DNA of 64,000 bases from Tubulanus polymorphus (Eukaryota > Animalia > Nemertea). The DNA lies in NCBI RefSeq assembly GCF_964204645.1, contig NC_134027.1, forward strand, positions 18,252,560 through 18,316,559, written 5' to 3'. The translations under genes were made by a program, and so were the position numbers. The first letter of the stretch is position 1. Each line of letters starts with the position of its first letter. Positions 10,800-23,200 of this stretch are shown here, piece after piece. Under the pieces are notes generated by a model. That model was given only the letters and a program-made list of their open reading frames with translations, was not told where the DNA came from and ran no database searches.

Positions 10800-11222
10800 C
10801 TAATTAGTAAACTTATACGCTACAAATATAACAATAACAGTTCCGCCTAAAATCCAAATTGTTTCATATTTCTTCTGTTTATTACTTGGGGTATAATAAT
10901 CTGATATTGTAGGTTTATGTAGATGTAATTTTTCTTTATTGGTTACCGCGTTATATAAACTCATTGCATCATCAACTGATTGAAAATCTCTATGTGAAAT
11001 CTTCTGATCATATAATTCCTTGTTAATATAATCCATATAGTTTTGCCTCTTTTCTCTGTATTCTTCTGCTGCTTTATTGTATTTCTCTAATGCTAAGTTA
11101 TGTCTTTTTTGTTCTGTTAATGATCCATTTTTATCAATATGCTTAAATAAATAACCACCACCAGTAAATGCTAAAGCGTTAACAATTGCTGATCCTATAA
11201 TAGTTATAATTGCAGAAGCCAT
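10800..11222 (-). CDS. 140-aa protein with hydrophobic N- and C-termini
   Basis: MASAIITIIGSAIVNALAFTGGGYLF...EQKRHNLALEKY. Homologues at 26176 and 41166. Confidence 0.8.
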   Translation of the reverse strand: MASAIITIIGSAIVNALAFTGGGYLFKHIDKNGSLTEQKRHNLALEKYNKAAEEYREKRQNYMDYINKELYDQKISHRDFQSVDDAMSLYNAVTNKEKLHLHKPTISDYYTPSNKQKKYETIWILGGTVIVIFVAYKFTN

Positions 11223-11247
11223 TTATTTAGTAAAATAATTACACATT

Positions 11248-11412
11248 TATATGGGGGGAATATATTTTTGTTTTTCTAAATAATCAATAGTTAAATTAGA
11301 TTACACTTCCCATTTTAAATACTTTTTTTAATACCATTGAATAACCAACAGTTCCAACTGATAGTAATGCTCCATTATATAATCCAGTTATTATCCACTT
11401 ATTATCACTCAT
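11248..11412 (-). pseudogene. Small hydrophobic protein with an internal deletion
   Basis: MSDNKWIITGLYNGALLSVG... An intact 73-aa homologue is at 40920-41141. Confidence 0.7.
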
Positions 11413-11754
11413 TTATTTATCAAAAAAATTACTATCTTCAAAATATTTAGTTAACTTATTTATGATTATTTCAACATTTATTTCATTACTACTTTTATGA
11501 TTATCATATATTTTGATTAATTTGTTTTTAATATCATCAATAATTCCATCTTCATTGAATTCATAATATTCTAAAGGTGATTTAATTAAATCAATAACTT
11601 TTTTTATATTATAATTTTCTTTTTTAATCATTGATGCATTGTTAAATGATTTAATTTTTATATCAGTAATTACATCATTTCGTTTAATTCTCATTTCTTT
11701 ACCATGTTTAAAATCAAACCCAAAACATATACTCGGCCCAACAGTTATATTCAT
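11413..11754 (-). CDS. Hypothetical protein (113 aa)
   Basis: Intact ORF with TAAATG start. Homologue at 25668-25970. Confidence 0.7.
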   Translation of the reverse strand: MNITVGPSICFGFDFKHGKEMRIKRNDVITDIKIKSFNNASMIKKENYNIKKVIDLIKSPLEYYEFNEDGIIDDIKNKLIKIYDNHKSSNEINVEIIINKLTKYFEDSNFFDK

Positions 11755-11779
11755 TTATATAGTGAAAAAATTACTCTCT

Positions 11780-12512
11780 TCATCTTATAACTAATTCATA
11801 AATTACAGGGAAATTATTTAAATCAATTAAGTATCCATTATGATTTCTAATTTCTAATCTAAAATTATTAAAACGAGGAATGCATGGTTTGAAATCACAT
11901 TCTGTTAAATTATGATTTATTTGCGTTCCAAATTCTTTAACATTCTTCAATGGTAAAATGTTTAGTAAACCAGAATTACAAGTTATATCTTTAGTTGCTT
12001 CGAATGTTTTTGTAGGATCGATTAAATTGCAATAAATATAAAAGTGTGTAAAAGGCATTATATTTGGTGTAGCATCAGCATTGCGTATCCTTACATCTGG
12101 GGTTATTCCTAAAATTTTAGCTAGAAATTGATGTTGATCTTCATTACCTAATTTTATTCTTATTTTATCGGAGCTATCACTTTTAATCAGTCTTAATCCA
12201 AATCCAGCAGATGCACCCATTTTCAACCGAGCTCTTCTATTAATTTCCTGCGCTAATGTATCTAAATTATATAATCCTGGTTTAAGATAAAGATGAAACC
12301 ATTTACTTTTATTTCTATCATGAATTAAAAAGACTATGTTCAATAGTTTTATCCGATACATTGTAAAAAGAATTACATAAACTTATATTAACTAATTTGA
12401 AATCTACACAATTCTTTAATTCTCTATCTAATTGAACTAGTAAATTATGAGATTTATAATTTGTAAGTTTTCTAGAATCTACAAATATTCTGTATTCTTT
12501 TAATTCTACCAT
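11780..12512 (-). pseudogene. mCP: Minor capsid protein (penton, single jelly-roll inferred), one frameshift
   Basis: IFVDSR, NSFYNVS, LKPGLYNL, FYIYCNLID and FRLEIRNHNGYLIDLNNFPVIYELVI follow the Polinton penton pattern. Confidence 0.8.
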
Positions 12513-12530
12513 TTATTTTACATATTTTCT

Positions 12531-12884
12531 TATTCGAAATCTATTTCATGGTGCCCTTTTTCATTCTTACCTTTGTATACAAAAATAGAAATCACCAGAA
12601 CATAATTCTTCTAAGTCTTCACTTGATAATCTATGAAATCTATCCGGTAAATATGTTCTGAATTTATATTTATTTCCTTTTAATCCTTCATATTCTAAGT
12701 GTATAACTAATTTATCTCCATATTTGTTAGTAACTGTGTCAATATGTGTAATTAGATATTTCTTATGGATTATTAATTCTTTTAACTTCTTAAATTTATA
12801 ATCTACTGATTTGACATTTGAAGTATCTTTTATTCTATCTAGAAATGATTTGTTGTTCTCACTGTGCGCTTGTTTACTCTCCAT
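12531..12884 (-). CDS. Small Polinton protein, possibly an OB-fold ssDNA-binding protein; 3' frameshift
   Basis: VTNKYGDKLVIHL...TYLPDRF. Adjacent to pPolB. Homologue at 20470-20800. The fold assignment is inference. Confidence 0.55.
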
Positions 12885-12913
12885 TTATAATACATATTTT
12901 TATTAAAATTTGA

Positions 12914-15900
12914 TTAACACGTTAGAATTCTTTTCATTATCTCGTTCTCTTTTGTTTCTTCTCTTTTAAATTTTAAGTATTCATCTAAATTACAACCTAA
13001 AGCAACTGTATGAATTCCATCATCTAAAATATATCTTTTATCATCAAATGGGTTTAGACTTATCTTTTCAATTAATTCAATAAACATTTCATGATCTTCA
13101 GATCTTAAACATCTCATCTTATGTTTTCTAACTTCTTCATTGAATATACAATTGTAATGTAATCTTTGAAATGGATATTCTTTTCTACTACACTTTTGGT
13201 TATTCCTTTTAACTTTTTAGCTTCATGTTCTTTAGTTTTATATGAATACATTTGAGATCTAATACCGATGAACTCAATCATTTCTTCACCACCTAATTCA
13301 TCTTTGAATTTACCGGGAACTTTTTTATTATCATTGCTAAATAATTCATGATCTTTAGGATAATTACTAAAATCAAAATGATGTTTTAATGTTTTTAAAT
13401 CATCAGTTATGTTATCAGTTTTTATCTTTAATATGTAAGAATCTGTATCAAAGTATAGAATTTCTATATGTTTTTCTCCAAAAAGTGGTTGTAATACATT
13501 ATAATAGAATTCATACATTAGTAATTTTGATAATTCTAAAACTAAAGCGCCAACATAGATTGGTTTATTAAATTTCATTGATGTTCTTCTCATCTTAACT
13601 GCAGCTAAATTTTCTTCAAATATTCTGTTACCAATGAACTTAGGATATGTTTGTAAATGTATAATTCTTTTACCATTACTAACTAACTCAATATCATTTC
13701 TATTTCTAATATTTTCACAAGTCTTACCGTAGAATGCATTATTCATTAACTTGAAGAAATCTTTTTCGAAATCAGTTTTAGCTTCAGTTCTCTGTTTGGT
13801 GTTAAAATCTATATATTTTTCTAACCACTTAGATTGACTAAATGAAATATATCTATGTACTTTTTTTAGAACCATTCCTTGATTCAAATAAAACTTTAAC
13901 ATTCTATAATGTACTACATAATTATATTTATCTTCTTGAGTTACCATTAACTTTTCTGTATGAATATGATTTTCGGGTTTAATTCTTTTTTGATAATTTG
14001 ATAATTCTTCATGAGTTACAGTTTTATGTTCGGGACAGTATGCTAGATTTCTAGATTTAAATTTAATATGTTCAGGATATTCTAAATCTACAACAAAGAA
14101 CTAACCAGTATCTGAATCATCTGCAATATCTAGAATTCTTTTCTTCCAATAAAATTTATCATTATTTTCATTCTGTAAAACTTCAGTTAATTCAGATACT
14201 CCATAAGGTTGTGGTTCCATCATTGCCCAACCATACAAATTATTTGCATCTATATATAATAACTTATATCCAGGGTTATCGTTTACATTGAAATATCTAC
14301 CTAATACACCTGAAACTCCTCCTCTTATAGATTTTTCAAATAATAATAATTGATCTATATTTGTTAACAAATCCATTTTTATATCTGTAAATTTTAATCC
14401 ACAATCCCATGTTAAACCTGGTGATGAATAACAATGACAAGGATCAATATTGAAATATTTTAGGTTTACATCTCTAAACCTTTCGAATATATCCGATAAT
14501 AATAATACATCTGATTTTAAATATAAATCTACTAATTGCCCATGATTTTCTATTTTGAAATGATTCCAAATATTCAATGTTCTATTATATACTTCATCTC
14601 TAACATATTCATGTTTTAATTCATCATAGAATTGTTCTTTCAATAATTCAGTTATGTTAAAATCATTATGATTTTTACAGAAAGAATATGGAATTGCTCC
14701 TTTATATCTCATTAATTGAAAATCATCATTATTTGGATAGTGTTGTTTTAATATTTTTAATTCATCATCCACTAATGATTTTGATAAGTTATCTAATGAA
14801 CTATTTAAAAATCTATATGAATCTATAAATCTTAGGCAACCAAATTGGAATGAAATATAATTCTCAGATGTTTTAGCTAACATTCTAAATTTATAAGTTG
14901 GTATTTTATCTTTTGATCTATTTGAATTTAATCTTTCTATTTCATTATTAATTTCTTCTATTTTATGACATAACTGTTTGATGAATAAATGTGCATCATA
15001 TCCTGATAGATTATGAAATATAACTTGTAACAAAATTAATTTTCTTAGCTTGTAAGTTACAATTCTCATGCGCGGCGCCTCTAAACTTTCCATTCAAATG
15101 ATCATGGTCTCTTACTTTTTTATCGTTATAATTAAATATCTTTTCACAATAATAACATTTATCTGCAAACTCAAATGCTTCTTTATCTTCTTCTGTCATT
15201 ATAATTTCTATATTTGTATTCAATAATTTACTAAATCTTATTTCATATTCAATTAATAAGTCACAAAAATGATTGATAACATTTTCATTTCTATAATCAT
15301 AATATTCACTTTCAATTAGTTCTGGGTAATCAGATTTTATATATAACCCGAAAGCTGCGGCTGATTGATGAATCTTTTTAATTGTATTTGTTATTGGCGG
15401 TTCATCTGAAAAATCATTTTCATTAGAATTTAATTTCTTTCCTTTATAATATATTTCTTTTCTATCTTGATCAGTTAATTCTTTATTTAATGATTCAAAA
15501 TCTCCATATATTACAAATGGTACTTTATTTTTGTAATCATATTTTTTTAATTCTATTATTTTATCCTTTTCATTTGGTAAAACTAATTTACAATAATCAT
15601 GATTTTCACATAATTGTTTATGATTTAATAATGTACTTTCATTACTGAATTTATGTAAACATTTTCTACATAGATATATTTTATTATGGTGATCACTTTC
15701 TGTTCTAAAGAATAAATCTATTTGTTTAATCCACATATAATGATTCTCATAATATAATATCTATAACATCATTTGAATCATAATCTTTTGATAGATATAA
15801 AGGTTCTAATGTATAATGTTTTATGTTGTTACCTTTTGTATTTGGTAATTTGATTAAATCAAATACATTTATCTTTATATTATTATCTCTTTCTATTTTT

Positions 15901-16941
15901 GGGATGTTTTTAATTATAACAGGATACTTATCTATCTTATAATTATTTTCAAATGGTTTATAATGAGTTAATCTACAAATATTATAAGTTGCAGGATGTA
16001 AACAACTTATTATAGCCCATAGAAAACATTTATCATCAGAATTTTGTACATTTATAACAGCATTAGTTTTAAATGGTAGTTTAATATAACAATAATTCAA
16101 TATCTGGTTCTTTATAATATGATACATTATTTTCATCAATTGGTTTTGATTTAGTTAACTTATTATATTTTGTGTTATAAACATGTAAAGTCATAAATAT
16201 TATTTCATCAAATATTAACCAGATCCTTCAAAATATTTCTCTTCTATTTTAGTTTTTACTTCATTATAACATTTATCTAATTTATCATCTATATGTTGTT
16301 TAGATATAATATGTTGTGAATGAGAATTTATATTATATATTGGTATATCTTCAGATTTTGTGAATTTAACTTTTGATGAAATACTTATTTTAGGATATTC
16401 AACATCAGTTATTATTTTTATTATTTCTTTCATATTTTCTAAATGTTTTTTTATTTTCTTCTAATGTTTTTCCTTTATGAAATTTAAACTCGATAGCTGC
16501 TGGGCCAATATCACTTTTAAATGCTTCGGTTATCTCTATATCTTTTTTATTATCAAATGAATTAATATATTTTCTTACATATTCCATGTATGGTCTTTTA
16601 TTGTTTAATTTATTTTTTATGCTTTTAATTGTCTTCTGTTTCTTATCATTATCTTTATCAAAATAATCTTAACCTAAAATATCATTATTCTTATTTCTAA
16701 TATGACTTTTAGATTTTAAATGTTCTTTATAATATCTTTTATCACTGAATGATTGATTACATGTATCACATTTGTATGTTTCTTTTTCATTCTTTAATTC
16801 ATCTAATTTAGTTTCTAATATATCATCTTTATATTCTAGTTTCAATTTATTCTCTAAATGTGTTTTAGTTTTATTGTGTCTTGCTTTTTTGGATTTATCT
16901 ATATTGATATTACATGTTGGGCAGTACTTATTTGCTTCCAT
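12914..16941 (-). pseudogene. polB: Protein-primed family B DNA polymerase with N-terminal Zn fingers and an EndoVII-like insert; multiple frameshifts
   Basis: NSDDKCFLWAI, YGDFES (ExoI), VRDHDHLNGKFRGAAHENCN, FHNLSGYDAH (ExoII), YLKSDVLLL (ExoIII), YIDANNLYGWAM (A), KLMNNAFYGKT (B), YFDTDS (C) and SLNPFDDKRY. Confidence 0.95.
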
Positions 16942-16963
16942 TTTAATACTAATTTTTTTTTTT

Positions 16964-17356
16964 AATTGATTTTAGAAGTTCAATGATTTATATCATGTAT
17001 TATTTCAATCACACTTTACTTACACTTTTAATGTTGAAAAATCTAACTCATACAAATATGAATATTGAAATAATGTTGTAAATATATCTATATATCTATT
17101 CTATAAGAGCTTACACTTTTATATTGAATAACATTTAAATGTTATTCATGTATATGATTATTTTAAGAGTAATAGGGATAATAGGCTTTCAGGTTAAAGG
17201 TTGAAGGGGCGAGTGAGTAAAAAATGAAAATAACAATAATTTACAGTTGAATTAGGAGTGTGCGCGACTAATTCAACTGTAAATTATTGTTATTTTCATT
17301 TTTTTACGAGCTCGACCGTTCGACCTTTGATCTGAAAGCCTATTATCCCTATTACT
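16964..17356 (-). repeat. Right TIR; terminal hairpin at 17168-17356
   Basis: Reverse complement of the left TIR, with about 4 mismatches in the 189-nt hairpin part. Confidence 0.95.
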
Positions 17357-18520
17357 GAAATCACCTTCAGTGTAGCTTAACGTAATAGCTTAGTACGCTA
17401 CCAACTGGTACCATACAGTTTAATTTTGTTGGACCTAAATTGCACGTATTATTGTAATACTTGACAAAAACCAAGGGAAGGGTTAATAGCATGTAGATCA
17501 TTATATAGGGCTTCAGCACATTCTTGGGATTGTGGCTTTGCCCTAGCATCATACAAAGTAGATTTGATGCCACTTATATTAGCGCCATATTCAGATCTGA
17601 CTACCTTGGCATCCATAATTGGCTGGGCTGATATCCCTGCAGTCCTAGGCCTATGCCACTGCTGTAGATTGTCAGTGCACGTGCCCTTTTCTGGAAAATG
17701 CTTTAACTGGATCTTAAGACAGTGATCTATCAGATAGAGCAGGGCAACAACATGGTTACAGTAGCCACTGGCTCCTGCAGCACAGCTGCACTGTGCAGCT
17801 TCTACATTGTCATCACTGAAAATTATCATAACTGAATGTGGCGTTTCATTTTTCTTTTGACTCCTGTAGCATTTACACTTCACATAACATAGATCACCCT
17901 TTAAAACATTATTCACAGAATGAACATAATTTTCGTAAAAATATTTGTATCCTTTCTGCAACGATTTTTCTATATATTCTCCACCTTTGACATTACGCCC
18001 TGACTTTTTTACATGATCACATAAGTTTATGTAAGAAAAGTTCTTGTTAACTTTAATAGCCTTTTCATATCCTGAAGTTGGTGCCATTGCCAGTAAATCT
18101 GAACTCAGATGACTTGAAGTCGGAGTGATCACCATCATTTACATTTTTGCATTTTTGAACGTGTATAGCACTTCGATGGGTCAGGATCGACAATTTCATG
18201 TGACTGGGGCATTAAATGCCTAAATCTGAAAACAATTAAAAATATACTATTAAGCTAAGGTTATGTCACCTGAATATTCAACAATAAATCCGTCAAAAAC
18301 GAACAACAAATCATAAACAAGAAATGAGAAAAGTACTGGCCTCATTTCACTCAAATCCAATTTATTGTAGAAAACCAAAAATAGGCCTACCTGTCGACCA
18401 GAACTGCTTTAGTGTCTGTACTTTTATATTTTAGCTTTCGACATTTCATCCAGAATTGCAGCTCAGTCTTTTTGCATTTAGATGGAGATTTATTTAACAC
18501 AGCTCCAGGGATAATAGTAA
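17357..18520 (-). pseudogene. 5' half of the SWIM-YqaJ gene, probably with an intron at ~18226-18390 and a SAP-like upstream exon
   Basis: SWIM motif AQCSCAAGASGYCNHVVALLY and TCTDNLQQWHRPR. Removing copy A and one TSD gives TEGDF|EVYVSFSETKKSTPFNPRIFPDMPMKRS, in frame with the 806-1321 ORF. Confidence 0.85.
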
Positions 18521-20134
18521 ATGCAATATGGTAATAACATTGGGATAATATAATGGGTGACCATATACAAGGAGAAATACTCACATTACACAGATCGCAG
18601 TAGCTTGTAGCAAGACTAAGAGAAAGACTCTTGTCCGAACTCAATGCCGATGAAGCCATCCAATCAGAATCACGAATCAGTCGAAAACGATTGATACTGA
18701 AAAAAATTACATTGGATAGCTTAAGAAGAGAGTTAAATTCCATCAGATAAACAATGGAGTTATATATACAAATAGCAGCTGAATGAGCAGCTCTACGCGC
18801 TCTATTATTCACACACACAAACTACTAACGTCAATTGTGCACAATTTCAAAGACAGTTTCAATGGCTAAATATTCCTTTTCAACCAGGCTTATATTAGTA
18901 AGACTCAACAGATATATACTTTGTTTGTTTTAACTTACCTTTCATCGATATTCGTGTAATAGTCGTTGAGATATAACGGACAATTTTCGGCTCTAAAACG
19001 TGTAGTCTAACAATTAAAAATTACTTCCGGGTTTTTGATTCTCCACCATGCACGCGCACCTGCCGCTACGCGGCGCTAGTTTCTGGAGTTATGTATAGAG
19101 ATTTGATTATTAAAATAAATTAAATATGAAATGTACGATAAATTATTTTTTATTAGTAATTGATTGATTGGTGCCACTGTTTTTGTTTCGGGTTCTTCAA
19201 AATAAGCCCCTGGAACCACCTCTGAAATTCTTGTTGGAATTACCCCCTCCCTATACCCCTCCCCCAAGTGGTAGCCCAAGAGCGGTAGGAGCTTGCTGAG
19301 AGGTTGTTAACGGATCATTAGACAAAACAATCATTCTGACAAAATCATCTTGACAAAACAAAACATTGACAAATTGCATTCAATTGACGCTTGCTCAACG
19401 GAAACACGTTCTTTCGGTTGACAGGGACTCGAACCCGATCGCACCGCTTCAACAGATACGTCATTGATGACGTATTCGTATGGCGACGTCAATGCCGCCA
19501 TGACACCTCGGACCCACGTCTAGGAAATAGGTCTAAACTATGTGATCGTGCGGGAACGCCTTTACTAAAGTTAAAACCATTTCATGATGACACGAAACAT
19601 CAAACGGTAAACGTTAGGCTACCACCATGATACGATATCACCAATAAAGATAGATCATTTTATTCAATTTTACCAGAGTTGTTTATTGGAGGAAAATATC
19701 GTTGTTAAGTACGCCGAGAACAACCATGTTGTATCATCAATCAGTTGATTCACCAAGAACCTTAGTGTCTGATGTTACACAGGATCGTAGAGCAACGTAG
19801 ATACTCTGTGGAGACAGCCACACTGCCAGGACTGGGTGAATCAGTTGGCTGACATTGTAAAATTCGATTCGCCTATATTCTAATATACATTTTCACTTTA
19901 TGACGCCCTACCCGCCTTCTGCACACTCAAGTTCAAGTTCAACTCATAAGGCGGTATCACCCTCGTACGCACTCGGCAGAGACTCGCTTTGTAATGCGCG
20001 CCGGAAAAAATACCTTTTATTATCTTTTCCATGCGTTAAACAACAGTGATTGTATTTACGCGTTGTTTGTCGTAAATTGCAATATTGCGATGGTTATTTG
20101 CCGCTGCTGTAGTTTTTTGGAATTGAATCGAGCG

Positions 20135-20225
20135 CCCTCGGTAGCTCAGTGAGATAAGGCGTGATGCTGTTGAATCCACTACCAATGCTGAGTGGCAAGT
20201 GGGTTCGAGTCCTGCTGGCTGCGAA
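20135..20225 (+). other. tRNA-derived SINE-like head
   Basis: A-box-like GGTAGCTCAGTG and B-box GGTTCGAGTCC; no canonical cloverleaf. Confidence 0.45.
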
Positions 20226-20254
20226 CGATGTGCGGGCAACACTTCAAAGGCCGT

Positions 20255-23200
20255 ACCGTCATCATTAAACAATCTATGATCAAACCTTTTATCCGATATA
20301 TTATAAAAAGAGTTACATAAACTTACATTTATCAATTTTAAATCTACACAATTTTTAAATTCCCTATCTAATTGTACTAGTAAATTATGTGATTTATAAT
20401 TTGTAAGCCTTCTAGAATCAACAAATATTCTATATTCTTTTAATTCTACCATTTACTTTACATATTTTTTTATTCGAAATCTATATCATTGTGCCCTTTT
20501 TCATTCTTACCCTTATATATGAAATAGAAATCACCTGAATATAATTCTTCAAGATCTTCACTTGATAATCTATGAAATCTATCTGGTAAATATGTTCTGA
20601 ATTTATATTTATTTCCATTTAATCCTTCATATTCTAAGTGAGTAACTAATTTATCCTCATATTTATTAGTAACTGTTTCAATGTTAGTAATCAAATATTT
20701 CTTATGAATTGTTAATTACTACTGATTTTACATTTGTAGTATCTTTAATTCTATTTAAGAATGATTTGTTGTTCTCACTGTGTACTTGTTTACTCTCCAT
20801 TTATTATACATATTTTTATTAAATTGAATTAAAGCCGATTAACACGTTAGAATCCTTTTCATAATCTCATTTCCTTTTGTATCTTCCCTTTTGAACTTTA
20901 AGTATTCATCTTAATTACAACCATACGCGACTGTATGAATTCCATCGTCTAAAATATATCTTTTATATTTTACTAACTAACTCAATATTTTTTCTATTTC
21001 TAATATTTTCACAAGTCTTACCATAGAATGCATTATTCATTAGTTTGAAAAAATCTTTTTCAAAATCAGTTTTAGTTTTAGTTCTCTGTTTGGTGTTAAA
21101 ATCTATATATTTTTGTAGCCATTTAGATTGATGACTAAATGAAATATATCTATGTACTTTTTTAGAACCATTCCTTGATTCAAATAGAATTTTAAAATTC
21201 TATAATGTGCTACATAATTATATTTATCTTCCTGAGTCACCATTAACTTTTCTGTATGAATATGATTATCAGGTTTAATCCTTTTTTGATAATTCTTCAT
21301 GTGTTACAGTTTTATTTTAAGGACAGTATGCTAGTTTTCTAGATTTAAATTTAATATGTTCAGGATATTCTAAATCTACAACGAAGAAGTAACCAGTATC
21401 TGAATCGTCTGCAATATCTAGAATTCTTTGCTTCCAATCAAATGTATCATTATTTTCATACTGTAAAACTTCAGTTATTTCAAATACTAAGGTTGAGGTT
21501 CCATCATTGCCCAACCATATAGATTCTTTGCATCTATATATAATAACTTATATCCAGGGTTTACATTGAAATATCTATCACCTAATTCACCTGAAACTCC
21601 TCCTCTTATAAATTTTTCAAATAATAATAATTGATCTATATTTGTTAATAAATCCATTTTTATATCTGTAAATTTTAAACCACAATCCCAAGTTAAACCT
21701 GGTGATGAATAACAATGACATGGATCAATATTAAAATATTTTAGATTTACATCTCTAAACCTTTCAAATATATCAGTTAATTATAATACATCTGGTTTTA
21801 AATATAAATGTACGAATTCACCATGATTTTTCATTCCAAAATGATTCCAAATATTCAATGTTCTATCATAAACTACGTCTTGAACATATTCGGATCTTAA
21901 TTCATCAAAGAAACGTTCTTTTAATAATTCAGTTATGTTAAAATCATTATGCGATTTATAAAATGAATATGGAATCGCGCCTTTATATCTCATTAATTGA
22001 AAATCATCATTATTTGGATAGTGTTGCTTTTATATTTTTAATTCATCATTAACTAATGATTTTGATAAATTATCTAATGACCTACTTAAAATTCTATATG
22101 AATCTATAAATCTTAGACATCCAAATTGGAAAGATATATAATTCTCAGATGTTTTAGCTAACATTCTAAATTCTTGAGTTGGTATTTTAGCAACATCTTT
22201 TGATCTATTAGAATTGAATCTTTCTATTTCATTATTGTTTGCTTCTATTTTATGACATAGCTGTGTGATAAATAAATGAGCATCATACCCTGATAAATTA
22301 TGACATATTAAAGGAACAGAGTTAATTTTCTTAGCTTGTAAGTTACAAATCTCATGCGCTGCGCCTCTAAATTGACCATTCAAATGATCATGATCTCTAT
22401 TTTATCTTTAAAATTAAGTAGTTTTTCACAATAATAACATTTATCTGCAAACTCAAATTCTTCTTTATCTTCTTCTGTCATAATTATTTCTATATTTTTA
22501 TTTAACAATTCGTTAAATTTCATTTCATATTAATAAGTCACAAAAATGATTGATAACATTCTCAGATCTATAATTTTAATATTCACTTTCAATTAGTTCT
22601 GGATAATCAGATTTAATATTTAACCCGAAAGCTGCAGCACTTTGATGAATCTTTTTAATAGTTTTTGTTTTTGGTGGTTTTTCTGAAAAATTATTTTCAT
22701 TAGAATTCAATTTCTTTCTTTATAATATATTTCTTTTCTATCTTGATCAGTTAATTCTTTATTTAGTGTTTCAAAATCTCCATATATTACAAATGGTACT
22801 TTATTCTTGTAATCATATTTTCTTAATTCTAATATCTTATCTTTTTCATTTGGTAAAATCATTTTACAATAATCATGATTATCACATAATTGTTTATGAT
22901 TTGATAATGCACTTTCATTACTGAATTTAGTTACACATTTTCTACATAGATATATTTTATTGTTATTATTTTCTGTTCTAAAAAATAAATCGATTTGTTT
23001 TATCCAAATATAGGCCTAATGATTCTCATAATATAATATATCTATAACACCATTTGAATCATAATCTTTTGATAAATACAAAGGTTCTAATGTTAAATGT
23101 TTTATATTGACCTTTTGTATTTGGTAATTTGATTAAATCAAATACATTTATCCTTACATTTTTATCTCTTTCTATTTTTGAGATATCTTCAAATCTAACT

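Larger units (their letters stand above)
1394..17356. mobile_element. Polinton/Maverick-like endogenous virus, copy A (both ends present, internal deletion, several frameshifts)
   Basis: Begins AGTAATAGGG and ends CCCTATTACT. 6-bp TSD GAAATC at 1388-1393 and 17357-17362. About 400-bp TIRs. Encodes pPolB, rve integrase, MCP and mCP. Confidence 0.97.

Noticed and set aside
12914-16941. Programmed frameshifting or a naturally split pPolB
   Set aside because: Breaks differ between copies A and B and many fall in homopolymer runs, which fits decay or sequencing error.
20135-20225. Functional tRNA gene
   Set aside because: A and B boxes are present but no convincing acceptor or anticodon stems; SINE-like.
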